The position numbers were made by a program, and so were the translations under genes. This document shows positions 9,415 through 17,848 of a stretch of DNA of 32,000 nt, piece after piece (position 1 is the stretch's first letter; every line of letters starts with the position of its first letter). The DNA lies in contig NZ_JAGIOS010000001.1 of the NCBI RefSeq assembly GCF_017876815.1, forward strand, positions 30,001 through 62,000. Reading direction: 5' to 3'. Under the pieces are notes generated by a model. That model was not told where the DNA came from. It made no database searches and saw nothing but the letters and a program-made list of their open reading frames with translations. Source of the DNA: Sinorhizobium meliloti. GTDB taxonomy: Bacteria; Pseudomonadota; Alphaproteobacteria; Rhizobiales; Rhizobiaceae.

Positions 9415-10359
9415 TCAGGCCAAGAGGACGGCAAGCGCCGCATCGATATCGGCGGGCGAATTGACGGCGATGCCCGTGACGGTCTTGTCGATCCTCCGGG
9501 CAAGTCCCGTCAGGACCTTGCCCGAGCCGATCTCGTAAAGCGTCGTAACTTCATGGGCCGCAAACCACTCGACCGTCTCGCGCCAGCGCACCTGCCCGGT
9601 CACCTGCTCGACAAGCAGGCGCGCGATCTCGCCCGCATCGCTTACCGGCGCAGCAAGCACGTTCGCGACGACCGGAACCACGGGATCGCGCTTCTCGACC
9701 GTCGCGAGCGCCTTGCGCATGGCCTCGGCGGCCGGCGTCATCAAGGCGGAATGGAAGGGGGCGGACACGGGCAGCATAAGCGCGCGCTTGGCACCCTTTT
9801 CCGAAGCGAGGGCCGCGGCCTTCTCCACAGCAGGCTTCTCGCCCGAGATCACCAGCTGGCCGCCGCCGTTGTCGTTGGCGATCTGGCACGAGCCGAACGA
9901 TGATGCGTCACGGCAGACCGCTTCGACATCGTCATGCTCCAGACCGATGATCGCCGCCATCGCGCCCTTGCCGACGGGGACGGCCGCCTGCATCGCATTG
10001 CCGCGAATGCGCAGAAGACGCGCCGTGTCGGCGAGCGAGAACGTACCGGCGGCACAGAGCGCCGAATACTCCCCGAGCGAGTGGCCCGCGACGAAGGAAA
10101 CCTTGCTCTTGAGGTCGAGGCCCTTGGCTTCTAGCACGCGGATTACCGCCATGGACACTGCCATCAGCGCCGGTTGCGCATTCGCCGTCAGCGTCAACGT
10201 CTCCTCAGGCCCGTTCCACATGATGTCGGAAAGCTTTTCGCTGAGCGCGTCGTCGACCTCGGCAAAGACAGCCGCGGCCTCCGGAAATGCTTCGGCCAGA
10301 TCCTTGCCCATGCCCACGGCCTGGCTGCCCTGGCCGGGGAACGTGAATGCGATGCTCAT
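9415..10359 (-). CDS. fabD: malonyl CoA-ACP transacylase
   Basis: MSIAFTFPGQGSQ at the N-terminus and the GHSLGEYSAL active-site motif. ATG 10359 was chosen because the 15 residues upstream in the track ORF look non-native. Confidence 0.92.
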   Translation of the reverse strand: MSIAFTFPGQGSQAVGMGKDLAEAFPEAAAVFAEVDDALSEKLSDIMWNGPEETLTLTANAQPALMAVSMAVIRVLEAKGLDLKSKVSFVAGHSLGEYSALCAAGTFSLADTARLLRIRGNAMQAAVPVGKGAMAAIIGLEHDDVEAVCRDASSFGSCQIANDNGGGQLVISGEKPAVEKAAALASEKGAKRALMLPVSAPFHSALMTPAAEAMRKALATVEKRDPVVPVVANVLAAPVSDAGEIARLLVEQVTGQVRWRETVEWFAAHEVTTLYEIGSGKVLTGLARRIDKTVTGIAVNSPADIDAALAVLLA

Positions 10360-10693
10360 CAAGAGTGCCCCTTCCCTGGATCGCGGCTGGCTCGGAGCAA
10401 CCAAATAGCCGGGATCGTTTCAATTGCGCGAGCAGGTGCAGATGAACCGCCCGGACCCTGCTGCCGCCGCGTATTTTCCTCTCCATTCACATTCCTGAAC
10501 AGCAAGTCAAGCGCGGAAGCCGCGCTTGACCGGTTGCTTGCGGTCTTTTGCCCTTGATCTTCGCCAATCAAGGCTTAAGTTTGCCCCGCTTTGCCGCCGC
10601 GTCGTTCCGGAACTTCCCGGGCTGCGGCCAACCGTCATTTCCAAGGCGGAGCGCCTTCCTCCCATGGCGCGAACCCGCTCCACAAGGAACGTC

Positions 10694-11737
10694 ATGCGCT
10701 ACAACAAACTCGGCCGCACCGGCATCAAGGTTTCGTCCATCTGCCTCGGAACGATGACGTGGGGCTCGCAGAACACGCCGGCCGAAGCCCACGAACAGCT
10801 TGATTATGCTTTCGACCGCGGCGTCAACTTCATCGATACCGCCGAACTCTATCCGACCACGCCGCTTTCAGCGGAGACCTACGGCAACACCGAACGCATC
10901 ATCGGCGATTGGCTGGCCGCGCGCGGCCGACGCGACGACGTGGTGGTTGCAACCAAGGTCGCCGGCTCCGGCCGTGCCTACATCCGCAATGGCGGCCCGG
11001 TCACCCCGGAAGGAATCGGCGAGGCGGTCGATGCGAGCCTCGCGCGGCTCAGGACCGACTATATCGACCTTTATCAGCTGCACTGGCCCAACCGCGGTCA
11101 TTACCACTTCAGAAACGCCTGGTCCTATGACCCCTCCCACCAGAACAAGGAGGAGGTTGCGGCTGATCTCAAGGCCATTCTGGACAAGCTCGGCGAACTC
11201 GTCAAAGCGGGCAAAATCCGCGCTGTCGGCCTTTCGAACGATACGGCCTGGGGCGCGATGAAGATGATCGACCTCGCCAACAGATACGGCTTCCCGCGCG
11301 TCGCGACGATTCAGAACGAGTACAATCTGCTCTACCGCAGCTACGATCTCGACCTCGCGGAAGTGTCGCACCACGAAGATATCGGCCTGCTCGCCTATTC
11401 GCCGTTGGCGGCCGGGCTCTTGAGCGGAAAATATCTGGACGGTGCCAGGCCGGCCGGATCCCGCCTGTCGATCAACGGCGACCTCGGCGGCCGCTACACG
11501 CCGCATCAGGAGCCCGCCGTGGCCGCCTATGCCGCACTCGCCCGCGAACACGGTCTTGACCCGGCCCAGATGGCAATCGCCTTCTGTCTCACGCGCCCCT
11601 TCATGGCCTCGGCCATCATCGGCGCCACGTCGATCGAGCAGCTGAAGAACGACCTCGGCGCCGCCGACGTCACTCTTTCCCAGGACGTGATGAACGGCAT
11701 CCGGCGCCTGCATCGGCTCTATCCGGCGCCGATCTGA
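10694..11737 (+). CDS. NADP-dependent aldo/keto reductase (Tas-like)
   Basis: The N-terminus MRYNKLGRTGIKVSSICLGTMTWG, plus FIDTAELY, DLYQLHWP and SNDTAWG, are typical of the AKR family. ATG 10694 follows AAGGA. The track start 10526 adds an Arg/Pro-rich leader and was rejected. Confidence 0.88.
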   Translation: MRYNKLGRTGIKVSSICLGTMTWGSQNTPAEAHEQLDYAFDRGVNFIDTAELYPTTPLSAETYGNTERIIGDWLAARGRRDDVVVATKVAGSGRAYIRNGGPVTPEGIGEAVDASLARLRTDYIDLYQLHWPNRGHYHFRNAWSYDPSHQNKEEVAADLKAILDKLGELVKAGKIRAVGLSNDTAWGAMKMIDLANRYGFPRVATIQNEYNLLYRSYDLDLAEVSHHEDIGLLAYSPLAAGLLSGKYLDGARPAGSRLSINGDLGGRYTPHQEPAVAAYAALAREHGLDPAQMAIAFCLTRPFMASAIIGATSIEQLKNDLGAADVTLSQDVMNGIRRLHRLYPAPI

Positions 11738-11763
11738 AACACTCTCGCGCCGGAGCGGCGGCT

Positions 11764-12096
11764 TCATGCCGCCATCTGGCGGCAGCTCTCGGCACACCGC
11801 CTGCAGGCGTCGACGCAATCGCCCATGTCGCCGATGCGCTCGCAATCGTCCGCGCATTCCGCGCAGATCTCGGCGCACTCGCCGCACAGGTGCTTGTGGT
11901 GCGGCGTGCCAAGCAGCATGAAATGCGCCGCGTCCCTGCAAATCTCCGCGCAGGCCATCATCAGCCGGAAGTGCGGCGGCTTGGTATGCTCGCCGCCGGC
12001 TTCGAGGCAATGAGTCATCGCCGTCGAAAGGCAGACGCGATAACAGGCAAGACAATTCTCGATGCATTCCTGCATCTTCGGATCGAAGGGGGCCAT
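11764..12096 (-). CDS. Cys-rich four-helix-bundle protein, DUF326 / Csp3-like putative copper-binding protein
   Basis: 110 aa starting MAPFDPKMQEC. It has 16 Cys arranged as Cx3Cx2Cx3C, Cx3C, Cx2Cx3Cx2Cx3C and Cx3Cx2Cx3C blocks. ATG 12096 is preceded by GGGAGAAG. Confidence 0.8.
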   Translation of the reverse strand: MAPFDPKMQECIENCLACYRVCLSTAMTHCLEAGGEHTKPPHFRLMMACAEICRDAAHFMLLGTPHHKHLCGECAEICAECADDCERIGDMGDCVDACRRCAESCRQMAA

Positions 12097-12189
12097 TTTC
12101 TTCTCCCGGATGGGTGGAAGCCCACTCAACAGCGCAAGGGCGCTTTTGTTCCGGCTGAGCGCAGCCCGGACACCAATCCGACGAGGCGG

Positions 12190-12218
12190 CTTGCATTTCG
12201 GCAGAAAACCCGTATAAG
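12190..12218 (+). promoter_or_regulatory. Candidate sigma70-type promoter for the rpsF operon
   Basis: CTTGCA (12190-12195), a 17-nt spacer, then TATAAG (12213-12218). This is close to the rhizobial CTTGAC-N17-CTATAT consensus. Confidence 0.55.
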
Positions 12219-12260
12219 CGCGCTGTTCGAAACGCCCGGTCTTCTGGCTGGTGGCTGAAC

Positions 12261-12436
12261 GGAGGGCCGGTTTCCATTCGGAAGCCGCGAGGAATGTAAA
12301 GGCATTCCGGCCTCCCGTGTCTCCGCTCTCGACCGTCTCGATACAACACTTTCTTGCCGGCTCTCATAGCCTTTAAGAACAGTCGTTGAGGCTTAGCCGC
12401 CGAGGTCCGGGCTGATTAACGCAAGAAAGGCAAGCC
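12261..12436 (+). promoter_or_regulatory. Structured 5' leader of rpsF (candidate ribosomal-protein autoregulatory element)
   Basis: Module 1 spans 12261-12317: GGAG(G)GCCGG pairs with CCGGCCTCC and encloses hairpins TTCC-ATTC-GGAA and GGAATG-TAAAGG-CATTCC. Module 2 spans 12390-12436: GGCTT...AAGCC with an inner AGCC/GGCT stem, ending 4 nt before the ATG and covering the AAAGG Shine-Dalgarno region. Confidence 0.4.
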
Positions 12437-12439
12437 ACA

Positions 12440-12889
12440 ATGGCTCTTTATGAACACGTATTCCTCGCTCGGCAGGACATCACGCCGCAGCAGGTCGACG
12501 CTCTCGTCGAGCAGTACAAGGGTGTAATCGAAGCGAACGGCGGCAAGGTCGGTCGGGTCGAAAACTGGGGCCTGAAGTCCCTCACCTACCGCATCAAGAA
12601 GAACCGCAAGGCTCACTACGTCCTCATGGACATCGATGCCCCGGCACCGGCCGTGCACGAAGTCGAGCGTCAGATGCGCATCAACGAAGACGTCCTGCGC
12701 TACATGACGATCGCCGTCGGCAAGCACGAGGAAGGCCCGTCCGCGATGATGCAGAAGCGCGACCGCGACGATCGCCCGCGCCGCGACGGCGACCGTCCGG
12801 ACCGTGGTGGGTTTGGCGACCGTGGTCCGCGTCCGGACCGTGGCGATCGCGATGACCGTCCGCGCCGCCCGCGCGAAGACCGCGCTTAA
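12440..12889 (+). CDS. rpsF: 30S ribosomal protein S6
   Basis: [13 protein letters not shown]...[12 protein letters not shown] is typical of S6. The C-terminal tail is rich in Arg, Asp and Pro. Confidence 0.96.
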   Translation: MALYEHVFLARQDITPQQVDALVEQYKGVIEANGGKVGRVENWGLKSLTYRIKKNRKAHYVLMDIDAPAPAVHEVERQMRINEDVLRYMTIAVGKHEEGPSAMMQKRDRDDRPRRDGDRPDRGGFGDRGPRPDRGDRDDRPRRPREDRA

Positions 12890-12914
12890 CAAGAAGCTTT
12901 AGGAGATAAAGACA

Positions 12915-13163
12915 ATGGCTGAAGTTTCTTCCGCTCCGGTACGCCGTCCGTTCCACCGTCGCCGCAAGACCTGCCCCTTCTCGGGTGCAAACGCTCCGCG
13001 GATCGACTACAAGGACGTCCGTCTCCTGCAGCGCTACATTTCCGAGCGCGGCAAGATCGTGCCCTCGCGCATCACGGCCGTTTCCCAGAAGAAGCAGCGC
13101 GAACTCGCCCAAGCGATCAAGCGCGCCCGCTTCCTCGGCCTGCTGCCCTACATCGTATCGTAA
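12915..13163 (+). CDS. rpsR: 30S ribosomal protein S18
   Basis: 82 aa. Has [36 protein letters not shown] strong AGGAGA Shine-Dalgarno sequence lies upstream. Confidence 0.97.
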   Translation: MAEVSSAPVRRPFHRRRKTCPFSGANAPRIDYKDVRLLQRYISERGKIVPSRITAVSQKKQRELAQAIKRARFLGLLPYIVS

Positions 13164-13174
13164 GGCGGCCGGCG

Positions 13175-13250
13175 CTCCGTCGATCGGCTGACTCGACGGA
13201 AACCAGCTTCGATCGAGGCGCTCTCTCAAGGGTGCCTCGATTCCTCCCTT
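13175..13250 (+). other. Tandem stem-loops downstream of rpsR (possible attenuator)
   Basis: CCGTCGA (13175-13181) pairs with TCGACGG (13191-13197). ATCGAGGC (13212-13219) pairs with GCCTCGAT (13234-13241), followed by TCCTCCCTTCC. Confidence 0.3.
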
Positions 13251-13317
13251 CCGCGGTGGGCGCGGATCGGAAACGCGCCGGAACGGCGCACAAATCCCAT
13301 GTTGGGGCAATGGCCGG

Positions 13318-14310
13318 ATGGTCGCCCCTAACTGCCTCTCAAGCAGGACAGCGAACGTGAAGACCTGGAACAGGACATCGCTGCTGACCGGCGTTCTCGC
13401 CGGCATTACCGCCGCCCTCTTGTCGATGGGCGCGAATACGCAGTCGTCTCTTGCGATCGTTCTCTACGCCGCCTCCGCGCTGCCGATCCTGATTGCGGGT
13501 CTCGGTTGGGGAAACGCCGCCGCCATCGCTGCCATCGTGGTCGCGGGCGGGGCAGCAGTGGCGCTCGTGTCACCCTATTTCGCACTGCTGATCGTCGTCG
13601 TGACGCTCGTCCCGGCCGGCTGGCTCAGCCACCTCTCCAATCTTGCGCGCCCGGCTTCCGAACTCGGCGGTCCCGAGGGTTCACTCGCCTGGTATCCGCT
13701 CTCCGACATCCTCGTGCATCTTGCCGGACTGGTGACGGTCGGCATGGTCATCGTCGGCTACATTGTCGGGTACGACTCGAGCGTCTCCGACATCATGGTC
13801 GACATGGTGATCGAGGCGGTGAAGGCGCAGGAACCGCTCTACAATCCGGATGCCGCGGCGATCGCTCAGCTCAAGTCGATATTCACGCTGGCGCTGCCGC
13901 TCGTGCAGGGTGCGATCTGGGTATTGATGCTGTTCGCCGCCTACTACCTCGCGACCCGCATCGTACAGCTATCCGGCAAGGCGCTTCGGCCGCGGGAGGA
14001 CGTTCCCTCGTCGCTCAGGATGCACCGCAACGCCATCTTCGTTTTTCTCGGCGGCCTGGCCCTCACCTTCTTCGGCGGTGCGCCGGCTGTGATAGGTGCG
14101 CTCGTCTGCGGCACCTTCGGCGCCGGCTTCCTGCTCTCGGGCTTCGCCTCCTTCCATTTTCGCACGCGCGGCAAGTCCTGGCGGCTTCCCGTGCTGTGGA
14201 TCGCATACCTGTCGGTATTCGTCTTCACGATTCCGGCTTTCTTCTTCCTCCTGTCCGGCCTGATCGATACGCGCCGCGCCATCGCACTCACGCCCACGGG
14301 AAAAAACTGA
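13318..14310 (+). CDS. polytopic inner-membrane protein, DUF2232/YybS-like
   Basis: 330 aa with many hydrophobic segments (GVLAGITAALLSMG, LPILIAGLGWGNAAAIAAIVVAG, YFALLIVVVTLVPAGW and others). It lies between rpsR and rplI. The exact start is uncertain (13318, or a downstream GTG). Confidence 0.65.
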   Translation: MVAPNCLSSRTANVKTWNRTSLLTGVLAGITAALLSMGANTQSSLAIVLYAASALPILIAGLGWGNAAAIAAIVVAGGAAVALVSPYFALLIVVVTLVPAGWLSHLSNLARPASELGGPEGSLAWYPLSDILVHLAGLVTVGMVIVGYIVGYDSSVSDIMVDMVIEAVKAQEPLYNPDAAAIAQLKSIFTLALPLVQGAIWVLMLFAAYYLATRIVQLSGKALRPREDVPSSLRMHRNAIFVFLGGLALTFFGGAPAVIGALVCGTFGAGFLLSGFASFHFRTRGKSWRLPVLWIAYLSVFVFTIPAFFFLLSGLIDTRRAIALTPTGKN

Positions 14311-14345
14311 CCAACGAAACAAAACAAAACTGAAAGGAAATCAAA

Positions 14346-14921
14346 ATGGAAGTCATTCTCCTCGAACGCATCGCCAAGCTCGGTCAGATGGGCGAAACCG
14401 TAAAGGTTCGCGACGGCTTCGCGCGCAACTACCTGCTGCCGCTCGGCAAGGCGCTCCGCGCCAATGCCGCCAACAAGGCGCGTTTCGAATCCGAGCGCTC
14501 GACGCTCGAAGCCCGTAACCTCGAGCGCAAGTCGGAAGCCCAGAAGGTCGCCGATTCGCTTGACGGCAAGTCCTTCATCATCGTCCGTTCCGCTGGCGAG
14601 ACCGGTCAGCTTTACGGCTCGGTTGCCGCCCGCGACATCGTCGAGACGCTGGCTGCCGAAGGCTTCAACATCAACCGGAACCAGGTCGACCTCAACCAGC
14701 CGATCAAGGCTATCGGCCTGCACAAGGTCACGCTGCACCTGCACGGGGAAGTCGACGTGGCGATTGAAATCAACGTTGCCCGTTCGGCCGAAGAAGCCGA
14801 GCGCCAGGCCAAGGGCGAAAGCCTGACCTCGGCCGACGCCATCTACGGCGTGGACGAAGACGCGCTGAAGCCGGAAGACTTCTTCAACCCGGAAGCCGAG
14901 CTCGAGTCCGAAGAAGAATAA
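14346..14921 (+). CDS. rplI: 50S ribosomal protein L9
   Basis: [32 protein letters not shown] is typical of L9. The long form (191 aa) has an acidic C-terminal extension. Confidence 0.96.
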   Translation: MEVILLERIAKLGQMGETVKVRDGFARNYLLPLGKALRANAANKARFESERSTLEARNLERKSEAQKVADSLDGKSFIIVRSAGETGQLYGSVAARDIVETLAAEGFNINRNQVDLNQPIKAIGLHKVTLHLHGEVDVAIEINVARSAEEAERQAKGESLTSADAIYGVDEDALKPEDFFNPEAELESEEE

Positions 14922-14946
14922 GACCCGAGCGGACTTCAAGGAAAGA

Positions 14947-14975
14947 AGCCCGGATCGGATCCGGGCTTTTTGTTT
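14947..14975 (+). terminator. Rho-independent terminator of the rpsF-rplI operon
   Basis: AGCCCGGATC/GATCCGGGCT stem followed by TTTTTGTTT. Confidence 0.8.
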
Positions 14976-14996
14976 GCGGGCAAATCCTCGCGGATC

Positions 14997-15150
14997 CTAC
15001 TGCATGTGTCCTTTAATCGGATCCGATTAAAGGACAAAAACATGCAGCAGATCAAAGTGCTACAGCGACCTTTGCGCGTCTGATAAGACGCGCGGCGCTG
15101 TAGAGCGGGATGAGGAAAAGTGTGCGCGGTTTTCCGCCCGCATCCCGCGT
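14997..15150. repeat. Three consecutive long hairpins (dispersed rhizobial intergenic repeat)
   Basis: Hairpin 1 (15000-47) includes the perfect 28-bp palindrome GTCCTTTAATCGGATCCGATTAAAGGAC (15008-15035). Hairpin 2 (15060-15103) is CTACAGCG...CGCTGTAG with inner GCGCGTC/GACGCGC. Hairpin 3 (15105-15148) is GCGGGATG...CATCCCGC with inner GGAAAA/TTTTCC. Confidence 0.65.
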
Positions 15151-15167
15151 CTCAACTTCTTAGAGCT

Positions 15168-16235
15168 CTATCCGGCGGACGCGATTGCCGCCTGCGGTTC
15201 GCCCGCCTTGTCGACCCTCACCACGACAGAGAGCCCGGGAGCAAGGCGATCGGCCATCGGCTGTTCGGGGTCGACGGCGATGCGCACGCCGAGACGTTGC
15301 GCCACCTTGGTGAAATTGCCGGTGGCGTTATCCGGCCGGATGATGCTGAATTCCGATCCGGCAGCGGGAGAGAAGCGCTCGATGTGGCCTCTCAGCACCT
15401 GCCGGTTCAAGGCGTCTACCGAAATGGTGACGGGCTGACCAACCCTCATTCCGTCAAGCTGCGTCTCCTTGAAGTTGGCGACGATCCAGACCTCGTGCGG
15501 CACGACCGAAAGCAGCTGCGTGCCGGCGGTGACATATTGTCCGACACGGGCGCCGATCTCGCCGAGCCTGCCGGCACGCGGCGCAACGATCCTGGTGTTG
15601 TCGAGGTCGATCTCGGCGAGCTCCACGGCCGCCTCGGCGCCGGCTACCGAACCCTCGAGGCCGGCGCGGGCGCCGAGCGTCGTCGCAAGCGACTGGCGCG
15701 AAACCTCGAGATTGGCGATCGCCTGCTTGACGCCCGCGTCCGCCTGCTCGAAGGCCGCCCGGGCCTGGTCGGCGTCGCTCCGCGTCGCGACACCTTTGTC
15801 GGCGAGCGGACGAATGCGGTCCCAGGTGGCTCTCGCCGTTGCCAGAGCCGCTTTGGCCCCGTCGAGCTGGGCCTCGCTCGCAGCGATTCCGGCCTTTGCC
15901 GACAGCTCCTGTTCGAACGAGTTCGCCAACGCCGACCTTTGTGTCGCGAGTGTCGCTTTTGCCTGCGCAAGCTTCTGGACGTAAATCCGGTCATCGATCC
16001 TGACGAGGAGCTGACCAGCCCTTACCTCCTCGTAGTCGCGCACCGGCACCTCCGCGACATAGCCGGAAAGTTGCGGGCTGATGGTCGTGACATAGCCGCG
16101 GACATAGGCGTTCTCCGTGGTTTCGACGGAGCTCGCGAAGGGCGGCAGACGCCAGGCGTAGAGGACGAGCGAAAGACCGGCGAGGCCGGCAAGAAGAACG
16201 ATAAGCGTGGTGGGAGAGCGGAAATTTTTCAGCAT
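15168..16235 (-). CDS. HlyD-family efflux membrane-fusion protein (EmrA-like)
   Basis: Start MLKNFRSPTTLIVLLAGLAGLSLVLYAW is a single TM anchor. It is followed by YVRGYVTTISPQLSGYV, an Ala/Gln-rich coiled-coil middle, and the C-terminal RFSPAAGSEFSIIRPDNATGNFTKVAQRLGVRI typical of EmrA-type proteins. The track ORF extending to 17339 overlaps the MFS gene out of frame and was rejected. Confidence 0.88.
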   Translation of the reverse strand: MLKNFRSPTTLIVLLAGLAGLSLVLYAWRLPPFASSVETTENAYVRGYVTTISPQLSGYVAEVPVRDYEEVRAGQLLVRIDDRIYVQKLAQAKATLATQRSALANSFEQELSAKAGIAASEAQLDGAKAALATARATWDRIRPLADKGVATRSDADQARAAFEQADAGVKQAIANLEVSRQSLATTLGARAGLEGSVAGAEAAVELAEIDLDNTRIVAPRAGRLGEIGARVGQYVTAGTQLLSVVPHEVWIVANFKETQLDGMRVGQPVTISVDALNRQVLRGHIERFSPAAGSEFSIIRPDNATGNFTKVAQRLGVRIAVDPEQPMADRLAPGLSVVVRVDKAGEPQAAIASAG

Positions 16236-16252
16236 GATAACGACTTCATTGT

Positions 16253-17848
16253 TCAAGATGTGGCCGCCGGTACGATGTCGGGATCGTGCCTGGCGAGCTG
16301 TTTGACTGCGATTTGGATGAGCAGCACCGCGAGCGCGAAAAGCGCTATGATCGCCGCCAACAGGAAGGCATCGTTGTAGGCGAGGATGTTGGCCTCGCGG
16401 GTGATCGTCTGTCCGAGCAGGGCCACGCCCTCCCCGTTCAGCAACGCCCTGTCGACGATTGCCTTGGCGTAGGCGCCCGACAACTGCCCGATGCGCTGCG
16501 CGACCAGAGGATTGCTCAGAACGATCTGCTCGGCCAGAATGTTGGCGTGAAACTTTTCCCGCAGTGTCACGAAGGTTCCGAAGGCGGCCGAGCCCATCAG
16601 GCCGCCGATGCTTTGGGTGAAGAGAAAGACGACGATGAAGCTCAGGATGTAGCTGGGGCCTTTCGCGAGTGCCGCCGTGAAACCGCGGGCCATGGCCGGC
16701 GGCAGGAAAAGGGCCGTGCCGGCGGCGACCAGCGCCTGGCTCACATACATCTGCTCCGGACGCGTGAGGCTCGTCGCATGGCTGTCCATATAGGCGCCGG
16801 CGGCGAGCATGCCGAGGGCGACCACGTGGACGGCGTCCGCGTGCCCCGGCTTCATCAGCGCCGCACAGAGCAGACCGCCCCCCAGCGATGAGGCCAGAAT
16901 GATCCAGTAAAGTGTCGCGAGCTGATCGTACTGCAGCCCGAGCAATTGATAGAAGTTGGTGGCGATCGCCGACTGTTCCGAGGCGACGAGGCGGAAGATC
17001 AACAGCACGGCGGCAAAATGCACGATCTCGCGCGAGGCCAACCAGCGTATGTCGATCAAGGGCTGCTCGCGATTGAGCTCGATCAGTACGACGGCCGTGA
17101 GGGTCACGACCGACAGGGCGAGCAGCATGCCGAGCCAGGGTGCCTCGAACCACCAATAGAGCCTGCCCATCACGAGGACGACGGCAACGCAGCCGAAGCC
17201 GACGGCGAGCAGCAGGTAGCTGAGAATGTCGGCACGCTGAATGACCTTGGCATGAGGCACCGGCGTCAGGGGCAGCAGATAGATGATCGGCAACGCGATC
17301 AGCGCGAGCGCCATCTCGAGCGTGTACAGCCCGTGCCATTGTCCGATCTCGATGAGCTCAGGCGAGATCAGCCGCGTCATCGGAGCGGCCAAGGTCGTGC
17401 ATGTCAGGGCGAGTGCGAGGGCCACCGTCAGCTTTCGCGCCGGTGGAAAGGCTTCCAGCATATAGAGAAAGCCGAGGGTCGACATCGGCGCGGCCGCAAT
17501 GCCGCTGATGAAGCGGACGACGACCGCCGAATGAAGGTCCGAGACGAAGACGTTCATCAGTGAAGCGATGACGAATCCGACGATGCCGATCTCTGCGAAG
17601 CGGCGAAGACCATACTGGGCGCGGATCTTCACGAGAGCGGCCGAAAGGCTGACATTCGGCGCCATGTAGGCAGCGGCAAGCCAGGCCGCCTCCACCGACG
17701 TGGCCGAAAGCGACCCCTGGACCTGCGCAAGATTGGCCGACGCGAGATTCATACCGAGCCCCTGTGTCAGAAAGAGGAGAGCGGAGCCGGCGATATAGAG
17801 AGCCGATTTGCCGATACGCATCGAGCCGGGAGCGGCAACGGCATTCAT
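16253..17848 (-). CDS. MFS drug:H+ antiporter, DHA2 / EmrB-QacA type
   Basis: 531 aa, highly hydrophobic, with about 14 predicted TM segments. It lies between the MarR and HlyD genes, and its start overlaps the marR stop (ATGA). Confidence 0.9.
   Translation of the reverse strand: MNAVAAPGSMRIGKSALYIAGSALLFLTQGLGMNLASANLAQVQGSLSATSVEAAWLAAAYMAPNVSLSAALVKIRAQYGLRRFAEIGIVGFVIASLMNVFVSDLHSAVVVRFISGIAAAPMSTLGFLYMLEAFPPARKLTVALALALTCTTLAAPMTRLISPELIEIGQWHGLYTLEMALALIALPIIYLLPLTPVPHAKVIQRADILSYLLLAVGFGCVAVVLVMGRLYWWFEAPWLGMLLALSVVTLTAVVLIELNREQPLIDIRWLASREIVHFAAVLLIFRLVASEQSAIATNFYQLLGLQYDQLATLYWIILASSLGGGLLCAALMKPGHADAVHVVALGMLAAGAYMDSHATSLTRPEQMYVSQALVAAGTALFLPPAMARGFTAALAKGPSYILSFIVVFLFTQSIGGLMGSAAFGTFVTLREKFHANILAEQIVLSNPLVAQRIGQLSGAYAKAIVDRALLNGEGVALLGQTITREANILAYNDAFLLAAIIALFALAVLLIQIAVKQLARHDPDIVPAATS

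Noticed and set aside
15013-15030. TTAA-N10-TTAA inside the 28-bp palindrome as a possible CtrA box
   Set aside because: CtrA boxes have TTAA-N7-TTAA spacing. This is simply the dyad symmetry of the repeat.
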